Shown here piece after piece: positions 1 through 13,100 of a stretch of DNA of 64,000 bases. The stretch comes from Chrysomallon squamiferum (taxonomy: Eukaryota > Animalia > Mollusca): assembly GCA_012295275.1 (NCBI GenBank), contig CM022678.1, forward strand, positions 6,448,001 to 6,512,000, in the 5' to 3' direction. Below the pieces are notes generated by a model. It saw only the letters and a program-made list of their open reading frames with translations, was not told the origin of the DNA and searched no databases. Positions within the stretch are counted from its first letter, which is position 1; each line of letters begins with the position of its first letter. Made by a program: the position numbers and the translations under genes.

Positions 1-10
1 TCCGCCATTA
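1..10 (-). other. Possible start-codon exon of a gene running leftwards out of the window
   Basis: Reverse complement reads ...TCTGTTTCAG|TA ATG GCG GA: polypyrimidine/CAG acceptor followed by an ATG (8-6) in ATGGCG context. Only 10 nt are visible. Confidence 0.2.
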
Positions 11-1071
11 CTGAAACAGAGTAACTAGAAAATATATATCAGTATTTCAGTTGCAGGTATAAAACTAAATTGGAAAAAAAGAAACAAAAAAAAAGAGAAA
101 AAAAGTTAGTCCAGCACACTGAAAAAATCTGGTTCCAGGATAGGCGTGTTTGAATATTTTCTACTGGAAACCTAATAAGAAAGATCGATATACTAACCAC
201 CATAGATCTAAGACTGGGTTGTCGAGCCGAGGATCTGGTTCAAATGCTATCTGTGGGTATTGAATTAACTGGAATCGTTCTGTTTTCTGAAATACAATTT
301 GACTGACAGTGTCTGGCATTCAGAGCAGTGAGTTACTGTCGTCGTTACATCAATGGCCGATAGTTTGCACGTTCACCATTATAGCCGTCTTGGTCGTGAG
401 ATCTTTCGTCAACAATAGCTGGTTGCTAAGCAAATTATCCACCGTGACGTAAAATGCGCGTTGTGACGTCAGGGGAATACCCTAAATTAACGGTGCTGTA
501 TATTCGGAAATGCTCGTAATTACTGTAAATAAATGAGGATATAACTCGGCAACGAAAAAAAAAAAAAATAATAATTAAAAAATAAAAAATAATATTTAAA
601 AAAAAAATAAAATAAAATATAAATAATAAAAAAATATATATATAAATAAATAAATAAATAAAATGTATTCGGATTCACTTCCTTTCGAAGGTAGTTCCGA
701 ACGTTGTTCGAGAATCTCGTGTTTTTCCGTAGTTACGAATAATTCCGAATGCTGCAAAAGACGACCTAGTTAGAAGCGGAAGCGAGTAAACCAAATATGG
801 CTGAACGCGCCGAAACATTTCTTAATTTAAAAATAGAAAATATCAATGTTCGGAAATAGTTAACAGAGAATGTTTATTTTATCAGAGGACCATCAGACCA
901 AGGACTCTGGTTCAAATACTGTGACCAGAGATGAACAAGATGTATAATAAATAAAGGATTAAAAACAACTGTTTATTTTGATTGCTATAAACAACAACAA
1001 TAACAACAGAAAACAACAATAATAACAAAATAACCACCCCCACCATGAACAGCATCAGCAACAACAACATT

Positions 1072-1074
1072 AAC

Positions 1075-1112
<38 letters not shown>

Positions 1113-1135
1113 TAATAATAATAATAATAATAATG

Positions 1136-1208
<73 letters not shown>

Positions 1209-1210
1209 TA

Positions 1211-1253
<43 letters not shown>

Positions 1254-1270
1254 AATAATAATTAACAATA
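1072..1270. repeat. (AAT)n microsatellite
   Basis: Near-pure AAT run with GAT interruptions. It explains the poly-N/I/L ORFs. Confidence 0.95.
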
Positions 1271-2949
1271 ATTTATTTTATTTTGATGTTTATTTAATTT
1301 TGTTTGTAATAATGGTGAAGAAACTGCATATATTGTTGTTGTTGTTGCTATATATTTTTGTTAACTTTCCTTGTGACTACTATTTTTGTGTGCACATACC
1401 ACTGGAGCTGTGAGTGGAATGGGAAATTAACTAACTGGTAGACCAAGCAGGGTTGATCCTGCACAGTCACTCGTTGTTAGTGATACACATGTCGTGGAGC
1501 ACTGAATGGAACAGGAAAAAATTATTGAAATAAATAGCTATATTTTTGTTGTTGTTGTTTTTATTTTTATTTATTTATTTAAACTGTATAAACATAGATA
1601 CGTTTATAAACATAGATACATTTATAACATACACATAAACATACACACAGACACACAGACACACACACACACACACAAACATACATGCATACAGGAACAG
1701 AACTGCAGATTTTTTATTTTTTATTTTCACAGTTAAGAAGACACACATGTTGGTAGATTTAAACAATAGAATTTTGAAATTTCTTTTTCCCTTAGCTAAA
1801 TTATATTAATGTTATAAATGTTTCTTTTATTTATTCATTTATTTTTTTTCTTTTTTTTTTTTTTTTTTTTGTTGTTTTTGTTTGTTTTTTTTTTTTGTTG
1901 TTTTTTTTTTTTTTCTTTAATTTTTATTTTTCTAAATCGTGGGTTATTTGGTTTTGTTTCAGACATGTATTTTATTCTGTTTATTTTACTTTATTTATTT
2001 ATTTATTTAAAAAAATAATAAAAAAAAAAAAATAAAAATAATGTATTTGCTTTCTTGTTGACTCAGGCTTATCAGACATTTATCGCTCAGTGAATATTTT
2101 CTGAATTAAAATTATTTTATTTTTAACTAAGTGCATTTTAGGAGTTAACTGACTTGAATTATTTACAAATCGTGGTCCCGAGGCTAGATATGTTTGCAGT
2201 ACAGTTATGCAAAATTAAGAACGATGGAGAAAATATCGATTGTAAAAAGTGAACAAATTGTCTATCTTTAGCTCGGGAATTTCCAAACCCTTTCCCTCTG
2301 CGCATTTATCTGTTTCTCGAGTACGCTAAAATAACAAGGGATTTTGCTTGCAATTATATGCTGTTTTTGCAAGAATAATAAAACAGTTATAACCCTTAAA
2401 AATAATTTCTTTCGTCAAAATTGTTATTAAGAAAATTCCTAGGTCCTGCAAATCCCTTCGACACGGACTGCTCCCTAACAGACACGTAGTAACAGATTCT
2501 ATCTCCCTGCAGTTGAACCCAACACGGGGCGAGCTGTCGATAGTAAGTTTTGTTATTTTTCTTCTTTAACGCATAATTTGCTTTTTTATTTTCGAAGAAC
2601 AACCTCTTTCAAACCTTAACGATACATTTCGCATTATTAAACCGATTTAACTTGAGCTATTTACTCCGCAAATCGGTGTTGTTCGAGGGAAACTGTAAAC
2701 CCGTTTTGCCTTCCCTACCGAATGACCCCCAAAGGTAATGGTTGCTGCCATACTGGTTATTCACCTACGAAAGCGGATGACTTCCAGCTTCGTTAGCGTT
2801 GTTATCGATATCGCTTCGAAGCACAGATTTTTATATTGAGCTCAAGCATTTAGAAAAAAAGAGTAAATCTTTGCAAAACGTAACAACTAATAGTTTCTAA
2901 TGAGTGTACTTGGGGTCAAGTCAAACAGTGTACGCCCACTTTCTGACAT

Positions 2950-3193
2950 TTAACCTGTGACGTCATTATGTGGCGTACTGCCAAAGCCCCTTGGGGAGGG
3001 TAAATACAGGTCATTTTGTCGAACAATATCTGTTAATCTTGTTAGTAAATACAAACATGTTCCTAATTAAAAAGTGCAATAAATTTGTATTATTGCATTT
3101 AAAGAAATATCTATTAATCGGAATAAAAATATCGATACACTTCCTGCCGTATGTAAACCGCAAGATGGGGCTTGGAGGGGATTTGAGGGAGAA
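2950..3193 (+). promoter_or_regulatory. Putative promoter and first (non-coding) exon of the zinc-finger gene
   Basis: CRE-like TGACGTCA (~2958-2965), ETS core CACTTCCTG (~3138-3146), YY1-like CAAGATGG (3161-3168), then a donor-like GAA|GTAATT at 3194. Confidence 0.4.
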
Positions 3194-3249
3194 GTAATTG
3201 TTTCAAAAATGAGCTAGCGCTTTCTGCATGCTGACTAGTCTTGATATAA

Positions 3250-3313
<64 letters not shown>

Positions 3314-3600
3314 AGTAGAAATTGTATTTGAAAATGAAATCTTCTAATTGCATTATTGATGTTATATATATATAGAGATATATATTTTGCTTTCTTTTTT
3401 TATTTTTAAAATGTATGAATTGTCTATTATAATATTATAAACCATTAAAAAAACAAAATAATGTAAAAATTTGGTAAAATAATATAAATAAAAACATTTC
3501 TAAAATCTAATAAAAGATAAATATAATAAATTATTTACTTAAATAAACTAAATTACCTATTTATTTTTTATCAGATTATTTTTATTTCATGTTTTTTTAG

Positions 3601-3668
3601 GTCACTGGCCTGTTACCAATGTTTCCACCATTTCATGAAATACAAATACAGTGGAGAAAGAGAAACAG
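3601..3668 (+). other. Putative 5'UTR exon of the zinc-finger gene
   Basis: TTTTTTTAG acceptor ending 3600 and CAG|GTAATC donor at 3669. The next acceptor is TTTTCAG ending 5030. Confidence 0.45.
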
Positions 3669-4792
3669 GTAATCAAAATAGATTACTAATTAAAACGTTC
3701 TATTTTTAGTAACATGGGCAATACCTGCAGTTTTCCTCATCTGCATGGCAACCAATCATGATGGAGGGAGAACTCACCCAGAACTTCCCCAGATAACATT
3801 TTGTTCAGTATCATGTTGCAAATGTCTGTGCAACTTTCAGAAACCATATGTAATTGTCCTATCCATATTTTTTACATTCTTAGCAAAATTTTGAAGAAAA
3901 AATACATGTTCCCTGTCCTCCATTTTTGTTACCTGTAAATTATAAACGTTTATAAATTTTTAATGACACCTCCCCCTTTTTTTTAAATCTGGACCTGCCC
4001 TTGATAAAGAATCTTTGAAAAAAAAAAAAAGAGTATATATTTAAGAATCCTTCAGTACGTTTGAATAGTAGTAGTTACTTCAAGTTTAGTTGAATTTTGT
4101 TTCAAAATTATAATCCAGGCAAGAAAACCAACTCGCCTATCACCCACTTACCCACTCACCCATTATATAGGCTCATTTTATCTTTTAACTGTAAATTACC
4201 TTTCATATTTTGTGTGATGGGGTGGCACAAATATGACCTCTCACTTTAACATGAGTTGTTGTAGAAATATATGAAACCCCAACACATTTACCCTATTTTC
4301 ATTTAAAAAGAAATAAAAAATAAAGAAATAAGAAAAACAACTTTTTATATTATTGTTTATTTCAAAAATAAATATTAGAAAAAAATGACAACTAGATTGA
4401 AGTAAGTTGCCTCCCTTGGACAGTAAATATTTGCAAAAATAAAAATTGAAAATACATTTCAGTGATAAAACATTAATTTATAATAATGCTGTTTATTAAT
4501 TGGAGTATTAGTAGTAGTAGTAGTAGTTGTAGTAGCAGTCATAATAACAATATTTTGATGGTGATAATAATAATATTTGAAGTAACAATAGGATCACTAG
4601 TAGCAGAAATATAGTAGTAGTATTATAAGTTGTAAGCAATAATATAATGACAAAGATGATAACTAAAACAATAAATTACTCCAAATATAAACAAATTGTA
4701 GATTTGTATTTTATAACTAAACATCTTTGGATGTTAAAATATATAATAATAAACAAACTGTAGATTTGTATTTTATAAATAAACAATAACAA

Positions 4793-4842
<50 letters not shown>

Positions 4843-5172
4843 TAAATAATAATAATAATAATAAAAAAAAATAATAATAATAATAAAATAAAAATTAATA
4901 ATAATAATAATAATAATAAAAAACAAAAACAACAATAATAAATAACAACAACAACAATGTTTATATATTTTTGTCTATATAGTTTTGTCTATTTAAGTTC
5001 ATTAACTTTATTTTCACACATTCTTTTCAGATCAAATTCTTCAATCGTAGTCATCATGCCTTGAATATCGACATCAGACCACCACACCACCACCAACACC
5101 AACACCAACACCAACACCACAACATCATCAACATCAACATCGTCAACAATACCAGCAGCAGCAGCAGCAACC

Positions 5173-7003
5173 ATGAGGCCAGGACTCAAGGCTGACGACA
5201 AACAGGCTGTGCAGATCATCACTCGTTACATGTGCCGCTTCTGCGGGCGCCAGTTCGACTCGATGGGGGACATGCAGAACCACACCCAGATGCACTTCAG
5301 TGAGAAGCCGCCGCACAGCTGCTACGTGTGCGGCCGCACCTACCGCACGCCGTCGAAGCTGCAGCGCCACGTGCGCGTGCACAGCGGCGAGCGGCCCTAC
5401 TCCTGCCAGATCTGCGGCAAGCGCTTCACCCGTTCCGACCACGTCAAGCAGCACATGAAGGTGCACCTGCCCCAGTGCCAGAAGAACGTCTGCCGCCTGT
5501 GCGGCATGCGCTTCATGAGGCGGCAGACGCTGCAGGCGCACCTGCGCAGCCACGGCTACCACCAGGTGTTCTCCTGCAACCGGTGTGGCGAGGCGTTTGA
5601 GTCGGCCGTCCTGCTGCACCAGCACAAAACGACGCACGAACCCGATTCGGAACAGACGACGTCGACAACAACGACGTCATCAACGATGCTGTCGGGGATC
5701 AAGACCGAACCGGAGTGCCCGGACGACTCAAAACCGATCGTGGGGCTGGCAAAGTTTGGTCTGGGGCCGCAGCCCGACGTGAAAGAAACCATCGATGGTC
5801 ACTACACCTCGCAGAGCAGTCGCAACACCACGTCAAAGCTGAAGAAGATGCTGCTGACGAGCAAGGACAGCAGAGGCGCCTTCACCAATGACATTGAGGC
5901 GATGGCACGGTCGAGCGCGCTGCAGCAGGAGAACGGTGACATCGACGCCATTCTCAAGTCGGCCACGGCGTTGTCAGGAAGCGACAGCGTGAAGCTGGCG
6001 CGGGAGGCGTTCCAGCCCACGCGTGAGTGTCTGGCGGAGCTGAGGAAGAGGGAGATGGGCGAGGAAGGAGAGCTGGAGAATGCTCCGTCGATATCCATCT
6101 CCGACTGCTACTCGCTGGCCACGGGCGAGAAAGGCGCCGATGCCGAAGCTGCTGCTGACAGCGCAAACGACGAGGGGTCACGGGGTCCACGCTGACAGAT
6201 GGGAATCGGATGATCTTCGTGCCCCCGACCGATCTGGATGGCAAAGAGTACAGCTCCGATCATTCGGCGGGTTCGAAGAGCCACTCAAACGAAAACAACA
6301 ACCACCACAACGGCATGGAGCGAGGAGGAGAAGACGAAGAAGATGACGACGAAGACGAGAAAATGGAAGCTCAGGAAACGAGCCCGCGTTCGAAAGATAT
6401 CGACGGAGTGAATTCAGACGACGACATCGTCGTCAGCATCATCCCACGCAACCGCAGCAACGCCTCTTCTTCTTCTTCTTCAGCAAACCCTAAACTTACC
6501 ATCAGTTGTCTCCCTTCCGTGCCTCGACTGATGAAACCGCCTCGCATCTCATCGTCATCGTCATCATCATCGACGACAACAACGTCCACCTTCTTGCCAA
6601 CGCTCACGAAAGCCACCCCACCGTTGATGACAGGCGCCAGCGTTCGACCTCCTGAACCAGAGGTCGGTGGTGTCGCAGATCTCCTCTTCAGCGTCGCAGC
6701 ACCTGTCCTCTGCTTACCTGCCTTCGTCGATCAACGCCCTGGACGCGCCCATCACGGGCCGAAGCTCCGCCTACTTGTTCGGGAAGAAGATGCTGCGCTG
6801 CGACCACTGCTCCATCTGGTTCGAGGACCAGTCGATGAGCATGCTGCACATGAGTCTTCACTCGGCCGACGAGTCGGATCCCTTCACGTGCAAGAAGTGT
6901 CTGAAGCGCCTTGGCAACCGCCTCGAAGTTCATGGCCCACATCGTCTGGCACCTGGACCCCCACATGGACGACAAGCTGCCTTGTTCCTACAGCTACATT
7001 TGA
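5173..7003 (+). CDS. C2H2 zinc-finger transcription factor, Ikaros/Hunchback-like architecture (5 N-terminal C2H2 fingers plus C-terminal dimerisation finger pair); interrupted by 3 single-base frameshifts
   Basis: GC-rich exon with Kozak-like GCAACCATG. Fingers CRFC..HTQMH, CYVC..HVRVH, CQIC..HMKVH, CRLC..HLRSH, CNRC..HKTTH with an SGERPY linker. Adding a G at 6174-6177 and removing A6630 and A6926/7 gives one continuous ORF ending CDHCSIWFEDQSMSMLHMSLHSADESDPFTCKKCLKRLGNRLEFMAHIVWHLDPH...YSYI* (TGA 7001-7003). Confidence 0.88.
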
Positions 7004-7116
7004 CGTTAAAAGAGTTTGTTTTTCCACTTTTGCTTTTTTGCCTAGCAAAATGGCTTGTTTCTACAGTTACGTTTGACGTTAGAGTTGTTTCCCTTGTTTT
7101 GCTTAGCAAAATGGCT
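6988..7116 (+). repeat. Diverged direct duplication overlapping the zinc-finger stop codon
   Basis: CTACAGCTACATTTGACGTT...TAGCAAAATGGCT (6988-7056) recurs as CTACAGTTACGTTTGACGTT...TAGCAAAATGGCT (7061-7116). Confidence 0.7.
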
Positions 7117-8617
7117 GACGCTAAGTTTTAGATGGTGTTTTTGTTGATTGTCTGATCGTTCCGATATTTATTTATTTATTTTTATTTTTATTTTTATTTT
7201 TTTTTTTGTGCCTTGTTGCTTAGAAACGGACATCATCTAAATTCAGATAACTGGTTTGATTATTATATTTAATCTATTTTTTATTTTTTTCTTTATTTAT
7301 ATTATTTTCTTCTTCTTCTTTTTTTTTTTTGTTATTGGTTAGAAACTAGTTTCATCTAAATTCTGAAAATTATAGCTAATCTTTCTTCCTTTAATTTAAT
7401 TATTTTCTTTATTTATTAATTCTTTTTCTTCTTCTTTCTGAAAATTATATTAATCCTTCTTCCTTTAATTTATTTATTTTTTTTTTTTTTTAGCCATTTT
7501 CTTCTATAAACAACACTATAAATTATAAAACATTTAAAAATATTCCTTGCAAATTTTTTCCAACTTATTCCTCACAATTTTGTTTGTTTTGCCTATTTTG
7601 TTTCTTTTTCTTTTTTTTTTAATCTTAAATTACTCTCAAATTATATATTAAAAATCTAGCAGATTATTCTCAATCTTATTCTTTTGTTTTATAAATAGGT
7701 TTTTTTTTTTCTCGTTATCTCTGTTATGTAACATTTTAAATATAAACTTTTTAATAAAAAATTTATTACACGAACATGTAAGATTTAGATCATGAACCCA
7801 CGAAACAAAAACCCATTACGAGAAATGTACGGATATATTAAGAATGTTTTAATTTTGTTAAAAATATGTACCCATTTTTTGGATATCTTCTTTTGTCTGT
7901 TTAAATTATACTTTATTTTAAAAATAATGAAATGATTATTTTGAAATAGGGTTTCTTTGCATGAATTATTTATGTGAATGTTGCAGTTTTGTTTCACGGA
8001 TATTGTTTTTTTGTACAAGCATACAAGGGTATTTTAAGGGAAGTTCCAGAAAAAACTATAGAGAGGAGAGAGAGAGAGAGAGGTGTGTTTTTTTTTTTGT
8101 TTTCCCTCCCCACACTTGTTGTTTCTTCCTCTTTCATTCTTTCTTTCTTCCTTCCTTCTTGTTCATTTATTCATTTGTAATTTGTTGTTCTCTCTGTCAT
8201 ATTTGTTTCTAATTTTATTCCTTCCTTTCTTTCTTTCTTTCTTTTTTTCTTTCTTTCATTCACCCTCCCCTATAGCAGTTTCTGGAACGACCCTTAATTA
8301 TTTGTTCAATATTATATTTTATTATATAACCCACTGTGTGATATGCCTGTTATTTTATGACCTTGTTACCATAGTGATTGGTTTGTAGTGATAAAAATAT
8401 ATTTAAAAAAAAAAAAAAAAATAATACTGCATATTACTGACAATATTGTTAGTAGCCTTTATATTAAATAATTTTATGGATTATTTGTTTATCAGTAGTA
8501 TTCACATTTGTTTATTCAAGTGTATTAGTATTATTTTTAAATTTGTTTTATTTTATTTTTTTATTTCATTTGTTTTATTTTTTTATTTTTGTTTTTTATT
8601 TATCTACTTATTTATAT

Positions 8618-8648
<31 letters not shown>

Positions 8649-9564
8649 AACATATGCTGACACGAATTTTAAATTTAAATAAGATTTAATTTTAAATTAT
8701 TTTTGTTTTACACTCTTATTTATGACATTTAGACATAAATAATGTCCATTGTTATTATTATTATTATTATTATTATAAATGTTTTATTTGTAATTTATTT
8801 TATTTTTTAATTTATTTCTTTATTATTCAGACATGAAATCTGATATTTATCTCTAAAAAAATATATCACATAGTTTATTATTTTTAAAGTTCTATTAATT
8901 AAAAATGCTTACTTGTTTATTTATTTGAACCATGTTGTTATGTTACATATGAAATATATATATATATATATATAATCTATAATCTATATGCATGTATGTG
9001 ATAGTAAACTTTAATGCATGTTCCTATTATTATTTTCTGATATTTATTATGTAGATTTATGCATGTTCTCTATTTAATTTGAGATATATACAGTCTGACC
9101 ATCATTCAATTTAAATCATCACAATAAGAAGAAGGAAAGAAGAAAGAAAGAATCAAGGATAGAAAGAAACAAAAAATGTTTTACTTAACAACATATTTGA
9201 CATTTATATATTTTGAAATTATGTTCGATCAGTAGTGGATTACCAGTTTCTCGATTAGTGATGGATCAGGATTACTGAGCACCAGATCAGTGATGAACCT
9301 TAATTAACGATTTATGGGTTAGTTATCAGTGATTACCAAATTACCTATCAGTGGATTAATGAGTAAACTGGATCAGTGACTACCACATAACTGATTAACA
9401 GATTAGTGAGAAATTGAACTACTGGATTAGTGATGGTCATCCCTGTATTACCTCTATCATCTCCCAATATATACCAGTTGTTGTTTTGTTTCAAGAGAGT
9501 TTTATATTCACATAATATGTTAAGTTTCGACATTGTAGCTTATTCTTCCTCTTCTTCTTTTTCT

Positions 9565-9611
<47 letters not shown>

Positions 9612-10196
9612 TTTTTCTTCTTCTTTTTCTTCAAATAATCTTTAAACTGTATTATCACAAATAGCCATTTTTATGTAACATCACTTTTGAAATTATTGAT
9701 TTTATCATATTCAAAATTTATGGATTAAAAAAACATTTGCATCAACTGTTATAAAATATATATATATATATTATATATATACCTACACAGTTTGATTGCT
9801 GGTTTCTATGGACTTCTTCAAAATAATTTCTGATAAAATTTGACAGCATGATTTACTGATTTTTTTAAATATTATCTTAGAAACAAAATTTTATATTTAT
9901 AGTCAAAAAAAATATTAAAATTTCCTTTGATTTAAATTTAAAAAAAAAAAAAACATTTTTGACTGATTCTAATATTATATAAATAAATACACATTTAAGC
10001 TTGTTGTTATTCAATGGAATAAATTAATATTTTCATCTTAAATTTGAAATTATTTAATAAACAAATAATCACTGAGGTCATTTTTCTTAATGTTTTAATT
10101 AATAATTTATTAATAAACGAGTAGATTATATATTTTTTATCAGTTTACACAGAAATGTTAATATTCTGGTCTGGAACAAAAATTTGTAACATTTTT

Positions 10197-10211
10197 CCAG
10201 TAGGTGGCACT
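10197..10211 (+). promoter_or_regulatory. CTCF-like motif
   Basis: CCAGTAGGTGGCACT matches the CTCF core CCASYAGRKGGCRS in an otherwise very AT-rich interval. Confidence 0.35.
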
Positions 10212-10251
10212 AAAGTATGTGATTTCTTTTCTCAAGCATCTGAAACACATG

Positions 10252-10304
<53 letters not shown>

Positions 10305-10849
10305 GATATTCTGAAAGGTGAACAAAATGGCACATAAATTATATGATTAAATCAATCAATATACAAATAACTGAATATTATCACTTAAAGTTCCACTTTA
10401 CAAAATGCTATGAACTTTCGTTCCAAGCCAATATCTCAGTTATTATATGAGTGTAAATTGCCTCTATAATTACTGTAATAGTTTGTTTTGCCTCTGTTAA
10501 TGACTTGATAGTCTGGTTTCTTCTGTAAATGTTTTTGTTATTATTATGGCACATAACATATTTGTGTATCTGTGTATATGTAACGGAAAAAAAAAAACAT
10601 ACAAGCACGTTTCAAAATCTGTATAATTATGTGCATATGTACACACATACATATGTATACATGCATAAACACACACATTAATACATACATAAAGAGATAA
10701 TTACACATATAATTATATATAGTTATATATTTCTTCTGTACAAGATGTGTATAATCTGTGAGTATGTATGTATACTTATTTACATCCAGACCTATACAAA
10801 TATATAAATATATATATATATATATGAAAATACATACTTATGTACGTAT

Positions 10850-10873
10850 ATATTTACATACAAACATAAATAA

Positions 10874-10908
<35 letters not shown>

Positions 10909-11300
10909 GAAACATTTACATATGTACATATATATTTACAAACATACAAACATACACAGATACATACATACACACACATACACACAAACATACACAGATA
11001 CATACATACACACACATACACACATATTTATGTACACACAAAAAACATTTACATATGTACATACATATTTACATTCATATTTACAGACATACATAGATAC
11101 ATACATATATATATACACACACATACACACATATTTATGTACACACAAAAAACATTTACATATGTACATACATATTTGCATTCATATTTACAGACATACA
11201 TATACACACACACACAGACACACAGACACACACACATACATAAAAACAGTTACATACGTACATACATACAAACATACACACACACACACACACACATACA
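10850..11300. repeat. (CA)/(CATA)-rich low-complexity tract with an internal ~100 bp duplication
   Basis: CACATATTTATGTACACACAAAAAACATTTACATATGTACATACATATTT occurs twice (~11021 and ~11128). Confidence 0.85.
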
Positions 11301-12409
11301 CTGTGACAAAGACTCTTCTGTTATTTAAAGTGATATATCTGGTAGTCAACCTCCCACTTTTGTTTGAGATTACATAGTTTATTTCTGGCTGTTGTTTTTA
11401 CACTATTTAAATCTATATACATATTATATATACATATATATATATATCACCCTCTAGTCATCCTGTTTATTCACTTCCCTCTGTGTGATATGCGTGTTTC
11501 TCTATAAATGTTTACACAACTCATGGTAATAAATGTTCATTATGTAAACCAGAGGTTTGTGTTCCTTGTTTGTTGCTAATTTATTTGTCTACTAATTTGT
11601 TTGTTTATTTCATTTATTTATTTGTTTTATTTATAGGTTTGTTTATTTATTTTATTTATTTGTTTGCATATTTGTTTGTTTATTTGTTTAATTTAAAATT
11701 TATTTATTTATTTAAATTGTTTATTTATTTATTTATTTTATTTATTTATTTTTTTTTGATTTATTGATTATTATGTTTATTTATTTACTTATTATTTTAT
11801 TTACTTATTTTATTTATTTATTTGTTTTTATTTATTATTTTATTAATTTATTTTATTTATTTATTTATTCATTTATTTTACTTATTTATTGATTCATTCT
11901 TTTATTTATTATCTATTTCATCGTTAGCTTTTAGAAGGGATTATCAAAACAACCTTTTTTTATAGACAGTATATTTATTATTATTATTACTCAATATTAT
12001 GAATAACTTTATTGTTGCCATTACTATTTTTATTATTTCTGATATTACTAATGGTTTGTTATTAGCTGAAGTAGTAGTCACAGTAGCAGTAGCAGCACCA
12101 GTAGTATTAGTAACAAGAGCATAATAGTAGTTGTAGTTGTAGTATTTCTAAAATGGAAGAACATGGTTGCAAACGATGTTTTCTCTGCCCTTTGTAAGTT
12201 TTGAGTTGGCAGAATCTGGTCATGAAGTTTCTCATCACAAACAGTCACTCCTAGTTCAACCAAACAGAGTGACAGTGACAGGTTCAACTAAAATCACCAT
12301 CAGTTCTGGCTCAACCACAATTTCTGACTGTCAGGTCAGGCTCAGCTATTAGACATTACCTTTTGGATGATCTGATGACAAGTCACTGTGGATAAATAAA
12401 TCTGAGAAC

Positions 12410-13100
12410 AGTACCACAGTCACTAATGATATTTCTCAAGGTTATAAAATACGTGACACCACTACAGATGAGTCACTAATGATATATCTCAACGTATGAC
12501 AGTCACTGCTGATATATCTCAATGCTCAAGTCACTACTGACATCATAATATATAACCGTCACTAATGATATATCTCAATGTATGAGTCATTGCTGATATA
12601 TCTCAATGCTGAAGTCACTACTGACATCATAATGTATAACTCACTAATGATATATCTCAATGTATGATAGTCACTACTGATATATCTCGAGGCTTGAGTC
12701 ACTACTGACATAATGTATGAGTCACTACAGATATATCTCAACATATGACAGTCACTACTGATATATCTCAACATGAGTCACTACTGATACATCTCAATGT
12801 ATGACAGTCACTACTGATATCTAAACATGAGTCACTACTGATATATCTCAACATGTCACTACTGATATCTAAACATGAGTCACTACTGATATATCTCAAC
12901 ATGTCACTACTGACATCTCAACATGTCAGTCACTACTGATATATCTCAACATATGACAGTCATTACTGATATATCTCAACATATAACAGTCACTACTGAT
13001 ATATCTCAACATATAACAGTCACTACTGATATATCTCAACATGTCACTACTGACATCTCAACGTATGATATCACTATTGATAAATATGAGAGTCACTACT
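12410..13100. repeat. ~25-30 bp minisatellite (GTCACTACTGATATATCTCAACATATGACA)n
   Basis: Roughly 20 or more variable copies of GTCACTACTGATATATCTCAA, lying between the convergent 3' ends of the zinc-finger gene and ASPH. Confidence 0.9.

Noticed and set aside
205-930. tRNA B-box-like GGTTCAAAT at ~237 and ~909
   Set aside because: No cloverleaf or clear A-box; at most decayed SINE fragments, not supportable.
912-2018. Poly-I/L/N/F ORFs here and throughout the window
   Set aside because: Translations of (AAT)n, (ATTT)n, (AG)n, (AC)n and poly-T microsatellites.
6170-6200. Programmed ribosomal frameshifting in the zinc-finger gene
   Set aside because: No X XXY YYZ slippery heptamer, and shifts of differing sign occur in several unrelated genes, consistent with sequencing error.
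5143-6975. Overlapping/antisense ORFs in the zinc-finger exon
   Set aside because: By-products of high GC3 coding sequence; no independent homology signal.
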